This document shows positions 13,651 to 26,177 of a DNA stretch of 64,000 nucleotides, one piece after another. Every line of letters starts with the position of its first letter. Position 1 is the stretch's first letter. Origin of the DNA: Octopus sinensis (Eukaryota); assembly GCF_006345805.1 (NCBI RefSeq), contig NC_043018.1, forward strand, positions 11,408,001 through 11,472,000, given 5' to 3'. The notes under the pieces were generated by a model. That model was not told where the DNA came from and searched no databases. It was given only the letters and a program-made list of their open reading frames with translations. Made by a program: the position numbers and the translations under genes.

Positions 13651-14089
13651 ATGCCGTAGATATTCCGAAACTCCTCCACATCTTTTAGTCTAACCAGGAC
13701 TAAACTGCTCGATGTATCCATTTTCTGTTTTTATTATTTTAATAAGGGAATCTGGGGGCGATTGCAACCAAATACCTTTTTCCTTGTTGGTGTTGTTCGG
13801 TTCTTCCTCAACGGCTAATAAAAAATAATACGTATCTAAAGGAAGTAACTGCACAGCCAAAACTGTAAACATAGCTGCAACTATTTAAAAAGCAATTAGA
13901 AGGTGAGTGATGAAGTAATTAGAGAGAAAAAGAAGGAAGTTCCCGGTGAACCTGTTTGTGGAAGATTTGCTTTCGAAAGCCCGTTTGATAGGAGTTCGCT
14001 TTGGTGTTTATGAATAAAATAAATAAAACCTGAACATCACAACTTGCAGTTTAAGATCAAAATAGAAACAATAATAATAATGATGATAA

Positions 14090-14560
14090 TAAGCGAGGGG
14101 TTGTGGCACGTACCTGACTTCGTCGATCGGTCGACATCGTGTCCGTCCTAAAACAAAGTCAGCAGATTGGGAGGAGGGAAAAAAAGAGAGACACAAGACG
14201 TCGTCCTGTCGTCTCTTTTTGCGTTTTTTCTTTTTCTTTTTAATCTTCGGCAAGAGACTGGTCAACCTCAACGTTCTGAAGATGGTCTGCTGCCTTCTGG
14301 GGTCCCCCAAAAGAGGTGTGGGTGCGTCTGGCAGCGGCTGCTGGCGCTACAGCTGTTTACGTGCTCGGCCCGAACCGGAGGACATGTTCCATTGGAAGTG
14401 ATGACGTCACACGACAGCTGCTTCGTGCGCGGAGGGGGGGAGGCGGCCAGGAAGGAAAAACACAGAGAAATTCCGAAAGTAGCGTCCCCTAGCGGTGGCG
14501 TTACGAATAATGAACCACTTCACGAGTTATCTGCTCTTGATGTAGTTGTTGCATTTCGAC
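14090..14560 (-). promoter_or_regulatory. CpG-rich promoter/5'UTR of TOLLIP with a CRE (TGACGTCA 14402-14409) next to GGAAGTG, and a CTCF-like motif at 14480-14495
   Basis: Local GC and CpG enrichment in a CpG-depleted background, directly upstream of the exon-1 ATG. Motifs are read from sequence; function is inferred. Confidence 0.65.
14114..14137 (-). CDS. TOLLIP: TOLLIP coding exon 1 (MSTDRRSQ)
   Basis: ATG TCG ACC GAT CGA CGA AGT CAG|gtacgt inside the CpG-rich island. Joins in phase 0 to exon 2, giving MSTDRRSQVMVGELPDDFLR, like the short first exon of other Tollips. Confidence 0.82.
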
Positions 14561-16738
14561 TTTTTTCTTTTCCACAAAAGTAAATTGAATTAAGTCGGAG
14601 GAGGTCAATAATAATAATGAGGAGGAGGAGGATCGGATTTATCTGTTCCGAAATACAATAGAAACTATTATTTAACGTAGTTAATCTTAATGGTTAACAA
14701 AGGCAATATTTAAGTGTACAAAAGGTTTAAAGGGTTTGGGGGTCGGTGTTTACTTCGTATGGTTTTTTTTTGTGTTAGCAATGAAGCAAAATTCCTACTT
14801 CGTTGTTGCTTCAGCCCACAGCTCGGCCCTAATTGAGTGAACCCAGGAGTCAAACATGCTGTAGCAGTGACAAACCCGTCTTAAATATCATGGAATACAT
14901 TGTCCAACGTGTCCTTCCTTTTAAGACTGTACGGTATGGTTAGAGGGAGATTTAATTGCTATTTCTAGCAACATGTTTGACTTTCCTGTTGATTCGTGGA
15001 TGTAATAAACTTCACTTATTTACTGTTTTATTATTTTTCATTTTGAGGCGGCGAGCGGACAGAAACGGGGCTAAATGCTTAGCGGTATTTCGTGACTTTA
15101 CGTTCTGAGTTCAAATTCTTTCGGGGTCGATAAATTAAGTAGCAGTTGTGTACTGGGGTTCATCTAATCGACTGCCCCCCCCCTCCCCCAAAATTTCGGG
15201 CCTTGTGCCTAGAGTAGAAAAGAATATTATTATTGTTATGTGTGTGTTTCCGCCAAGGTTGACTTCGCCTTCCAACCTTAAGGAGTTGATAAAATAAATA
15301 CCAGTCAAGTACCGGAGTTGAGTTCCCCTGACCCTCAAAAACTGCCAACCTTGTGCCAAAATTTGAATCCGTAATGGTTGTTGTTTGGTCGCATGTCAGC
15401 CCGGATATAACAGACCTACTAATCGAAGACGTTCCGGCCGAAACCATTCTTTCCTTCCGTTTTTCCTTCATGAATGTGACATTTTTAAAAGGTGGTCGGT
15501 TGCGATTCCACGGAGGGAAGCACGGCGTGGCTCCCATTTTTGGCTCGATTTTTTTTTCTGTTTTTCTCACGTCTAATCTGTAAGTTGGAGATACAGAATA
15601 TTAAAAATGTGTTCTGGTGGTTATTTTTAGTCTAATGCTGCGACTATAAATTTAACTCCCCGAATTCTTCCCACCAGAGAACTCACATCAAAATACTCTA
15701 AAAACTATTTGACACCTGTTGATATAAATACAGGCCTCTGTCTCCTTGAATCCGTGTTTACACACTCAGTCAAAATCTATTCGTTGCTACGATACAGAGC
15801 AGAATCAACAGAGACAAATTAAATGCCTTACCATTTTACTCTTCTAATTCCATTCGCATTTTGGATGCCTTATCGGAATATATTTGGCCGTTTGTGTGCA
15901 CCTTGTGAGCACCACTCAGTCACATTCTCTTATAAAATCCTTTGCAGGAGCGTGGATTAGCGTTTGGCTGTGTTGCTATTTGGTACGCTGTTCGGCATGC
16001 CATTAGACTATGAATGTTTTGGACGTTGATGTTCACTGCGCTTCTTTATACACGAGTTCTTGTCAAAATTTCCTATGTTCTTCCAAGTATTCAACCAGTG
16101 CACTCTACAAGATTTTATCCATAGTGATAAACTCTACAGCGATGCCTCATTTTGAAGAATGTGGTTCCTTTGGCCGCCATTCTCACACTATCGTGTCCCT
16201 TTTATTGTTGTAATCATCGTAAAACTTATTCTTTGTGCTGACAAGCTATATAATGGTTTTATTTTTCTTTTGGCGGTTCCACAAAGAGCTCGTCGTAATT
16301 TCGCAATGGGTCAGATGAAATTTGTTGAAGCAAATTTTCTATGGCCAGATAGCTTACCTGTCGCCAATCCTCACTTGTTTCTAAAGCAGGTATTTCCTCC
16401 TACGTTGTTCCACAGAATAGTGGAAGCAAACAACACCATTTTTATGATAGTAAAACCTTTTACGCCTAACGCACGATATGAAAACAAGGAGATAAACGCG
16501 CGCGAAGACACATACATATATATTCTTTTATTCTTTTACTTATTTCAGTTATTTGACTGCAGCCATGCTGGAGCACCGCCTTAGTCGAACAAATCGACTC
16601 CAGGACTTATTCTTTGTAAGCATAGTACTTATTGTATAGGTCTCTTTTGCTGAACCGCTAAGTTACGGGTACTTAAACACACCCACATCAGTTGTCAAAT
16701 GATGGGGGTGGGGGACAAACACAGACACACACACACAC

Positions 16739-16799
<61 letters not shown>

Positions 16800-16885
16800 T
16801 ATATATACACACACACATTTTATTTATTATTATTATTTAATTGAACACCACACATCCATTTCCAAGTAAGTATATATATATATAT

Positions 16886-17270
16886 ATAAATTTAGAAAAT
16901 GAAGATATAGCATTAATATAATTTATTATCTGCAAAAATCCAACATATCCTCTTACAGGTGTTTCAATTTAGCTTAAAAGATTAAATTGATTATGTTAGG
17001 CAAAATCTCATCAGAGGGATAGAAAACATATACCATTAGGTTATTAGGTGTTGTGTTTTCAACTCATCTCCTCAGTCTGTTGGAATTTTGTAGATAATAA
17101 ATTATATTAATACTATATCTCCATTTTCTGAATTTTCTTTTGAATATTTATAAACCAAGATTATTATTTTATGAATATTATTATTCACAAAAAATATCAG
17201 GCAATGAACCAATAATTCATTGGATATTACTATCCCTTAATGAGGCTATTTTAAACTCTAGTTGAATATA
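16886..17270 (-). mobile_element. Penelope-like element remnant with inverted arms (about 16888-16946 / 17078-17136) around a hammerhead
   Basis: About 60-bp inverted repeat enclosing the hammerhead motif; inserted in a (TA)n tract. Confidence 0.55.
16947..17020 (-). ncRNA. Minimal type-I hammerhead ribozyme motif (Penelope-like element type)
   Basis: Minus strand reads ATCCCT-CTGATGA-GATTTTGCCTAA...TTAAGCTAAATT-GAAAC-ACCT-GTA-AGAGGAT. Intact core, long imperfect helix II, very short helix III, helix I with one bulge. Confidence 0.7.
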
Positions 17271-17391
17271 TATATATTTATATGATGGGTATCTTTCAGT
17301 TTCTGTCTACCAAATCCACTCACAAGGCTTTGGTCGACCTGAGGCTATAGTAGAAGACACTTCCCCAAGGCACCACACAAACGGACTGAGG

Positions 17392-17478
17392 TTCCCTACA
17401 GCTGTTTCAGATATGTTTTTTACTGAAAAACATATCAATTTCATCATGTAAAAAAAAACCCCGTTTTCATCAAGTGAA
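17392..17478 (-). ncRNA. Degenerate hammerhead motif
   Basis: Minus strand reads TTCAC-TTGATGA...hairpin GATATGTTTTT/AAAAACATATC-T-GAAAC-AGCT-GTA-GGGAA. The palindromic AGCT loop is typical of PLE hammerheads, but core C3 is mutated. Confidence 0.4.
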
Positions 17479-17555
17479 TTAAAATTAAGATAAAATTTAA
17501 CATTTAAGATTTTTCACACAAAGAGTACAGAATATATATATATATATACATACAT

Positions 17556-18230
17556 ACACAGGGTGCAGTGAATAAACTGTCTTCTAAATTACACAAAAAT
17601 ATCTTGAATTTACTAAAGAGTAAATTTATTCAATAAAATCGCCTAAGTGTAAAATTATTCAATAAACTCTTCTGGATGGTCTCCTTGTTTAAGTTGGTGA
17701 ATGCTGCCATAATCCTTGCCTTCAGTTCATCTTTGATGTTACAACTGTGCCCCACACATAATAATCAAGGGGGTTGCAGTCTGGGGAGTTCAGGGTCCAG
17801 ATGTTAGGGGTGATGTGGTTACAGAAATTGTCTGACAGCCATGACTGGGTTCTTCTGCTTGTGTAGCACAGTGCAGGGTCCTGTTGCCAGACACAGGGTG
17901 TTCCGGCAGCCACTCTCTTGACCCAGAGCAGCACTACTGCTTCCAGGCACTTGATGTAGGCCTCCGAGTTGAGTCTGAGGCCATGAGGGAAGATGAATGG
18001 AGGCATAATGTCATCATTACTATTGATCACTCTATATATACCATGATGTTGACTGGATGTTTGATTTTTATCACTCTCGGTACATGTCCTCAGATTGACA
18101 CCCAAACACTGAACTGTTCATACTGGAGCTACCAGCATGAATGCCAAGCAGTACGGTTTGTCGTTTTCAAATTTCTGGCAGAGTGAATTGCATCATGGTA
18201 CTGTTTTTTCTCCCAGATGGTGCCAAACTG
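17556..18230 (-). mobile_element. Tc1/mariner transposase C-terminal remnant
   Basis: WQQDPALCYTSRRTQSWL...WTLNSPDCNPLDYYVWG (QQDxAxxH and WPxxSPDxNPLD motifs); CAGGGTG-type terminus near 17559. Confidence 0.8.
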
Positions 18231-18926
18231 ACCCTACAATACTGTGTAGTTGACAAAATCAAAACCAAACAATGTGCATTGCCAACTAGTGTTAGTGTGT
18301 TTACATCTCAGTAATTTAGTGGTTTGGCAAAGGAGGCCAACAGAATAAGTACCTGGCTTGAAGAAGAAAAAGTAAGACCAAAAAATTCCTTTAAGGTGGT
18401 GTCCCAATATGGCCACAGTCTAATGACTGCAACAGGTAAAAAATAAAAGATACAATAAAATAGACTCATATATGTATATGGGTGTGTGTGTGTGTGTGTA
18501 GGCCCAGGTGTAGCTGGTTTCAGGTTCAGTCCTGCTGCATGACTTCTGCTGAAACCTCTGGTCAGCTGAAGCTTTGTGAGAGGATTTCTTGAGAAGTCCA
18601 TTGTTTGTTTGCTTGTGTGTGTGTTTCTTTGAGTTTTACTTCAGTATTTTTTAAGGGAGTTCAAGCTGGTTGCTAACAAAGCAAGCAGACTTTTGTAGTC
18701 AAGAGAGTTCCCAGTCTTTGTAAATATGAGGTCGAATTGGTGTGTTGGTTTTGTTAGGTGTGTGCATTTATTTACCTAAAGAATTTCAAATGGAGAATCT
18801 TTGGAATGTCTTACAGATCTACACTGTTCCGCTAATAAATGGAATTTGGAGAAACTGCATCAGTTTCTTTTGCTCTTTCTTCAAAAACTTAGTATTTCTA
18901 GATTTTTGTATAAATTTGTAGGTACA

Positions 18927-19810
18927 CAACAAGGATTGGAATCGAAAGGCCTTAGAATCAACCTAGCTAAAACCAAAGTCCTAATAGGTAGGAAGGCAGG
19001 CAAACCACAAATCCCTTCAGGTAGATGGCCCTGCTTGACCTGTAGAAAAGGTGTAGGTAGAAACTCTTTAAGATGTACCCAGTGTAAGCTATGGACACAT
19101 AACAGGTGCAGTAATATCAAAGGAAGGCTAACTAGGAAGATAGGTTTTGTATGTGGAAGATGCTCAGGAGCGATAAACACTGAAAATGTGCAGACAACAA
19201 CTTCCGCCACATTCCAGGGAGAAAAACTAGAAGTAGTTAATAGCTTCTGTTACCTAGGTGACCAAGTCAGTAGCAGGGGAGGGTGCATTGAAAGTGTAGC
19301 TGCTAGAATAAGAATAGCCTGGGCAAAGTTCAGAGAGCTCTTACCTCTGCTGGTGACAAAAGGCCTCTCACTCAGAGTAAAAGGTAGACTGTATGACGCA
19401 TGTGTACAAACAGCCATGCTACATAGCAGTGAAACATGGGCCATGACTGTTGAGGACATGCGTAAGCTCACAAGGAATGAAGCCAGTATGATCCGATGGA
19501 TGTGTAATGTCAGTGTGCATACTCGACAGAGTGTAAGTACCTTGAGAGAAAAGTTAGACCTAAGAAGCATCAGATGTGGTGTGAAAGAGAGACATCTGCG
19601 CTGGTATGGTCATGTGGCGAGAATGGATGAGGATAGCTGTGTGAAAAAGTGCCACACCCTAGCGGTTGAGGGAACCTGTGGAAGAGGTAGACCTGGGATG
19701 AAGTGGTGAAGCACGACCTTCAAACATTAGGCCTCACCGAGGCAATAACTAGTGACCAAGACTTTTGGAAATATGCTGCGCTTGAGAAGACCCGGCAAGC
19801 CAAGTGAAAC
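18927..19810 (+). mobile_element. RTE-clade LINE 3' fragment (RT C-terminus with inserted Cys/His finger)
   Basis: GLRINLAKTKVL, FCYLG, RIRIAWAKFREL, SETW, LRWYGHVARM, GRGRP; open for about 260 codons; 5'-truncated. Confidence 0.9.
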
Positions 19811-20049
19811 CATAACCTCATGGCCTATGCCAGCGGTGTTACCTGCCCACTTATGTTTACCTTTCCTTCTTTGGACACTAAACTCTGCTTTCGAAGACCT
19901 GTTGAGGCAAGTGAAATCGAAATCAATTTCTATGACTGGCATCCGTGGTAGTGGAGCACAAAGAGCACCATCCGAGTATGATGGTTGCCAGAGCAGCTAA
20001 CTGGCTTCTGTGCCAGTGGCACATAAAAAACACCATTCGATTATGTTTA

Positions 20050-20215
20050 ATAAAAAAAATAACTTCCATACCTAAGTTGTAACATAATCTTCTTTGAAAT
20101 AGTCACCTTACGCAGCAATACACCTGTCCCAACATTCCTGCCACTTTTGCAATCAAGCCTAGAAGATATTTACTGTAAATGAGTTGAGGACCTTCTGTGA
20201 TTCACTCTGGATCCC
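20050..20215 (-). mobile_element. mariner transposase C-terminal scrap
   Basis: Minus strand reads ...WQECWDRCIAA*GDYF, the typical mariner C-terminus. Confidence 0.55.
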
Positions 20216-20827
20216 TAGTTACCTGGTAAAGTTCTCTGCTGGCCCCACTCTTGCAAACCTTCCAGGGCTGCCTCTTCATTTTTATGGTTCTGTCTACATC
20301 ATTGTTCCACCTCTACACCACCTCTAGTCCGGCTGAAAATTTGCACATACCACAAATTTGGTCTGTAAAAATATATTTTGAATATTTTTACCAACATAAC
20401 ACAACAGCAAAAAGTTGCTTTTCTAGTTCTGGTCATTTTCGTTTCTTGGAATTAGCCTCATCTTCCCATGGTGCATGATGTGGTGGATAGAACAGGATAA
20501 CAAAAAATAAAATGCCAACAGACAACATTAACTATACATCAACTGAAGAGTTGAAAAAAATATTGGTGGAACTTAAAAATTAAATCCAACATCAATTTAA
20601 AACTGCTGTCACACTGGCGCCACCACCATCATCATCTTCAACAACATCCCGTTCCATCACTGTAGTTTATCATCTAGTGATGCAATGATGTCATGTTTAT
20701 GAAATATCTAAGAAAAGTTAAAACTCAAAAAAAGAGAGATAAAACTAATGAAGTTTATAATATATAGTAATGTTTAATTGCTAGTAATAACAGTTAGAAA
20801 AAAATAAAATAATGGGATTTCATTAAT

Positions 20828-21106
20828 TCAACGCTGCTTTAAGAAGGCTTTTAGGAAAATGTTGTAATCAATGTTTCCATGGAAATCTTTATCGTAGTAT
20901 GTAACAATGCTATAGAATTCGTCTTCCGTCAGATTGATGTTGTAATTTCGAAGAATCTGTCTGAAATTTTTAATATCAGTGAAACCAGTCTTCTGACAAT
21001 CGACTCTTAAAAAGTTCCTTCGCATGGTCTTCCAATGCTTTGCTACACATGGGTAAATTCTCAACATTGCCTTCGACAGTCCACTAACTAATGGCCCTGG
21101 AGCAAA
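20828..21106 (-). CDS. EFCAB6: EFCAB6-like last coding exon
   Basis: tttttcag acceptor; FAPGPLVSGLSKAMLRIYPCVAKHWKTMRRNF...FRQILRNYNINLTEDEFYSIVTYYDKDFHGNIDYNIFLKAFLKQR*, the typical EFCAB6 C-terminal EF-hand pair. Confidence 0.9.
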   Translation of the reverse strand, partial: FAPGPLVSGLSKAMLRIYPCVAKHWKTMRRNFLRVDCQKTGFTDIKNFRQILRNYNINLTEDEFYSIVTYYDKDFHGNIDYNIFLKAFLKQR

Positions 21107-22010
21107 CTGAAAAATATAATAACTAGCGATAATTTAGGAAACTAAATTGGAAATACATTGAGGCAGAGATAATTTATGAAGCAAAATCCCCCAAAATATA
21201 ATGACCAGTGACAGTTTAAAAGAAAATTAACAAAGAAATAGATAATACCAATTCTGCATTTATAGCAGACAATGCATGTTTTTATTTCTTTCTATGACAT
21301 AAGCTGAAGAAATAATCGGAATTTAAAGTTTTCAAACTACAGTATATTGGATAAATACTATCCCATAGTGGGTTACACTCATAACTCCTATCTTACTTTG
21401 TATGTGTGTGTGTGTGGAGGCACAATGGCCCAGTGGTTAGGGCAGCGGACTCGCGGTTGTAGGATCGCGGTTTTGATTCCCAGACCGGGCGTTGTGAGTG
21501 TTTATTGAGCGAAAACACCTAAAGCTTCACAAGGCTTCGGCAGGGGGGGGGGGAGGATCCCCACTGTACTCTTTCACCACAACTTTCTCTTACTCTTTCT
21601 TCTGGCCTGCTCACTTACCCAGCAGGGTGGCATCATTTGAAGGCTAAAACAATGCAAAGCGCATTGTGACCAGTGATGTGTAGCAACATCTGATAGCCTG
21701 GTCGGTCATGGTGATCACGGTGATATATATATATATATATATATATGAAATGTGTATGCACCTGTGCACAAATTGTAAGCAAAAATTTCAGCTGTTGATA
21801 GTTGGCATCAGGATATTCTGCCTCACTGTAGACTCGTCTAACCCATGCTACCGTTATTGTTACAGACTCAAGTAAATAAGCACCAATAAATAATGGAGTT
21901 GATTCAGAAGAACTGACAATATAGAAACGGATCATGTGCAATGTGAAAACAAACCAATATAATCAATACAACAAAATAAAGCCCTTTTAATAAATGGACC
22001 AGCTCCCTAC

Positions 22011-22198
22011 CTTCTCCATGTTACTATCGTCAAGGACCTTTCTTTCGGGTAATGCTGATCTGGAAGGTTTTAAGTCCAGGATGAAATAGCGAATCATTTC
22101 TCTGTATGCCATTGTGTCAGTTCCCTCGACATCAAATTTATTTGCCAAAGTACTGAATTCCTCATTTGCAATCGATTTCCCATACGTGAGCAAGATGT
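22011..22198 (-). CDS. EFCAB6: EFCAB6-like coding exon
   Basis: ctttag acceptor, AAG|gtaggg donor; (D)ILLTYGKSIANEEFSTLANKFDVEGTDTMAYREMIRYF...MEK; phase 1/0. Confidence 0.88.
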
Positions 22199-25128
22199 CT
22201 AAAGCACGGAAGAAAGCAAAATAATAAGAACAATCAATTATACAAATAATTCAAACGAAGGCGGCATTGGAGGAGGTGATCTTGTGTCCGATGATGAAAG
22301 GTTAGAGTGTGACAGAGAGGCAGCAACAGGTGTTTTACTATAAAGGAGGTATATGGTTACCCAGCTAGAGAGCGATAAAGTCTGATAGAACAGAGACAAA
22401 CTTCTATTGAGAATCTGCAATTCAGTTTTGATCTCTGGTTGTAGACAACTTGTTGTAGTTGGTAGTTTTGGTCAAGGTCAACTCTGATGAAGAAAATGTA
22501 TGATCAGAGACATTCCATCCATGACCTCTTATCACTTTGAGGGCATCTAGGACAACATAATTTATTTCTTGCAATAGTTTGTTGTGATCGAAGGGAGATT
22601 TGGCTGCTACGTCTAAAATGACAATTGATTGTAAAAAGGTTACTTCCTTGCCTTACACTTCTTCAAGCCACTAACTTTGGATGAAGTTGTAGGGATGCCA
22701 TTGTGAAATGCACCATGTTTTGGGACATCTAAGCCTAGCAGAGTCCATCCTTCCCTAGGTTTGGCCTCAGATGATTTCTAAGATAGATAGGGGAACTGAA
22801 AGTGAAGGGGATAGAGAGAGAAGTGATCTTGTACAGGATTGAGATTTCATTTAGTGTAGCTAAGAAGTCTGCTTCTCGATCATGTGGTTTCAGGTTCAGT
22901 CCCATGGTGTGGTACCTGAGGCAAGTGTCTTTTCACTATAGCCCAGGAGCTAACCAAAGCTTTGTGAGTAGATTTAGTGGACAGAAACTGAAAGAAACCT
23001 TTGCGATATTATGTGTGAATGTGCTTGTGTGTGTGCATGTGCATTGTGCTGCCCAGACATCACACAGCAGCTGCGCACTTGAGTCACTGTCATACAAGCG
23101 ACATTGTTCTTCAATGAAAGACAAGTCTGAGCGTCAGGAAGTATTACCCTGCTTGGAAACAGGTCATGGGTTCATGACAGGAAGGGTGTCCGGCCATGGA
23201 AAATGTGCCACAAGGGATTTAGCCTGACCCATACGAGTATTGAAAAGTAGACATTAAAACAATACAAATGAGAATAAGGCAAAGCTGACCACACACACAC
23301 ACGCATGCATGTGTGAATGGATTCCATACAGTTTCACAGACCAAATACTGTTCACAAGTCAGAGCTGTAATAAGAAGGCATTTGTCAGCATAACGATATT
23401 ATTGTGTCAGTATTTAGTTGGTAAAAGCAGCAGAGCACTGAACAAAATATCTTAGGCTCTCATATTTCTAGATTATCTGTTCAAATCCAAGCAGAGGTAC
23501 CTTTGACTTATATTTTTTGGGGCACAATCAATGACAGTAATTGATTCAATCATCTCACACACACACACACACCACGCCACATCACTTCACCTCAATACCT
23601 TCCCTTATCAAAAGGTGACATTGTGTCCTGGCAAAAGCAACATTCAAATATTAATAATTCAAGAAATGGGTTTAAGGTGGCAAGCGGGCAGAATCATTAG
23701 CACACCAGGAGAAATGCTTAGCAGTATTTTGTCCATCTTTACGTTCCGGGGTCAATTCCATCGAGGTCAACTTTGCCTTTCATCCGTTCAGGATCAATAA
23801 AATAATTACCAAGTTGAATACTGGAGTTGATTTAATCAACTTATCCCCTCCTTTGAAAGTGCAGGCCTTGTGGCAAAATGTGAAATCAACAATTAGAGAA
23901 GTGGGTAACAGGGAGCTAGTTTAACAAGCCAGGCTTGATGCATCACGGGTTTTAGTGAGACCACAATGTTCTGGGATCAAATCCTGCCAGAACAGATTAT
24001 ACTTTTACCATAATGATAAATAACAATTACTATTCAAGTTTATTTTATCATTATCTAATTTCTGCCCCAACAAAATTTTTCACAACTCATTAAAAAAAAA
24101 ATTCATTTTCTCCTTTTTTTTTTAAATAATGAAGTTTTCACATCTGAATATATGTTTACTCTTTACTCTTTTACTCTTTTACTTGTTTCAGTCATTTGAC
24201 TGCGGCCATGCTGGAGCACCGCCTTTAGTCGAGCAAATCGACCCCGGGACTTATTCTTTGTAAGCCCAGTACTTATTCTATCAGTCTCTTTTGCCGAACC
24301 GCTGAAGCTTCTAAATTTTTGTTTGTTAATTTTATTTTATCTTTATTTTTTGATAACTGGGTAAGTTGATATATTAATGAGGCAAAGAATTTTCAGGTCA
24401 GAAAATCCAAAACAAAATAGAGTTATGTACCTTGGCTCATGGAGGACGGCAAAATGGTTGGCAACTAGGTTTTAATTTTATACTATAAATTATAGTAATT
24501 TAGTGAGTAGACCAGACCTTCACCTATCTTAGCTATCCATGGGTATAACACGCACACACACAAACGAATAAATATGGAAATGATTACAAGAGTTTTCTGC
24601 TGTTGATGACGGTGACAGTGACAGCACTGTTGGCATGATGATGACGACAATGATGACAACAACAATAACGATGATGACAATAGCAAAGAGAGAAGGAGTT
24701 CTATTTGATGGTCTGGAAATTCCTAAACTGTAATCTCCCATGCTGCTGAAGAGAGAGAGAGAGAGAGAGTTGTGATAGATTCAAACGACAATTAAGCATT
24801 GTGGTTCTCATGCCTTTTCCACACTATTTTACTTACCTGGACCCTTATTGCCATTCTATGTTGTTTTTTTTGAAAAAATTTTATTTTTATAATTTAACAT
24901 TATTAAGAATTTTTATCGTTATCTTTTTATCTTTTACTTGTTTCAGTCATTAGACCGTGGCCATGCTGGGGCAGCACCTAGAAGAATTTTCAGTCAGATG
25001 AATTGATGCCAGTACCCATTTTTTTTAAAGCCCGGGGTACTTATTCTATCAGTACAAGGATGTAAGCCCACCAACACTGGATGTCAAGCAGGTTGGGGGA
25101 CAAACAAAGATATAAACACACATACATA

Positions 25129-25213
<85 letters not shown>

Positions 25214-25216
<3 letters not shown>

Positions 25217-25942
25217 TATTCATATAAAATATCGTGTACATTAAAACACATTAAGAGGCTTCCATCATAGGAAAGCCTTGCGCTAGAAAGAGCAGTAAAC
25301 AACTCAAACCACTAATTAGGGATAAACTCTCGAAGGGAATGAAAATTAAAAGCATTTACCTTCTAATTTAGTTCCTAGACCATGGTTTCTGATTTATTTC
25401 AGTAAATAAAGATCCACTGAGGCCAGTCTTCACTGGTAATAAAATTTCTATAATTCTTATTATCCTAATATTATTTATTATGTTTTAAATGATTTTTGAT
25501 AAATTTGTTCGAGGCTTTTACCGGCATCCTCTCTGTTGCCGGAAATAAGCTGCGTCTGCGCAGTGGATTTGAAAAGTTAGAATATACAAGCAATGAGTTT
25601 ACATGCGGAATCGATCTCGTTGAGTGTATATTTAAAATCTAAAGGCTACCTACTGATGAAGACTGGCCTCAGTAAATCTTTTTTTACTGAAATAAGACAG
25701 AAACCATGGTCTAGGAACTAAATTAGATGGTAAATGTTTTTAATTTTCATTCCCTTCGAGAGTTTATCCCTAATTAGTGGTTTGAGTTGTTTACTGCTTT
25801 TTCTAGCGCAAGGCTTTCCTATGATGGAAGCTTCTTAATGTGTTTTAATGTACAGAATATTTTATATGAATAATATATAGTCTTTTGCGCTAGGCCACTG
25901 GTAATAAAAAATTCTATAATTCTTATTACCCTAATATTATTT
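25214..25942 (+). mobile_element. Foldback Penelope-like remnant with about 220-bp inverted arms (25214-25432 / 25657-25876) and a 47-bp direct repeat (25431-25477 / 25896-25942)
   Basis: Arms are near-perfect reverse complements; hammerhead motif at the inner edge of the right arm; flanked by (TA)n. Confidence 0.65.
25649..25715 (+). ncRNA. Minimal type-I hammerhead-like motif in a foldback Penelope-like remnant
   Basis: CCTA-CTGATGA-...(TCAGTAAA/TTTACTGA hairpin)...-GAAAC-CATG-GTC-TAGG. Helix I CCTA/TAGG and a palindromic CATG loop III; the base of helix II is not canonical. Confidence 0.55.
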
Positions 25943-26177
25943 ATATATATATATTATAATAATAATAATAATAATATAAATAGTATATAAATATATGCAT
26001 ATATACATACATATATGCACATACCTACATATATATGTATATATACATGCATATATGGGTAGAGGAAATCAAAAGAACGTTGAACACAATGAGAAATGAA
26101 AACATAAAAACAAAAACATAGAAACGAACTTTTTTTTTGAACAACGAAAAAAACAGAGAAAGACATAAAGAATATTC

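Noticed and set aside
14167-14583. Plus-strand 138-aa ORF at the promoter
   Set aside because: Non-ATG start, no recognisable domain; expected by chance in GC-rich sequence.
21415-21490. tRNA gene
   Set aside because: The tRNA-like head continues into a SINE body shared with 4148 and 9629, with no proper acceptor stem or terminator.
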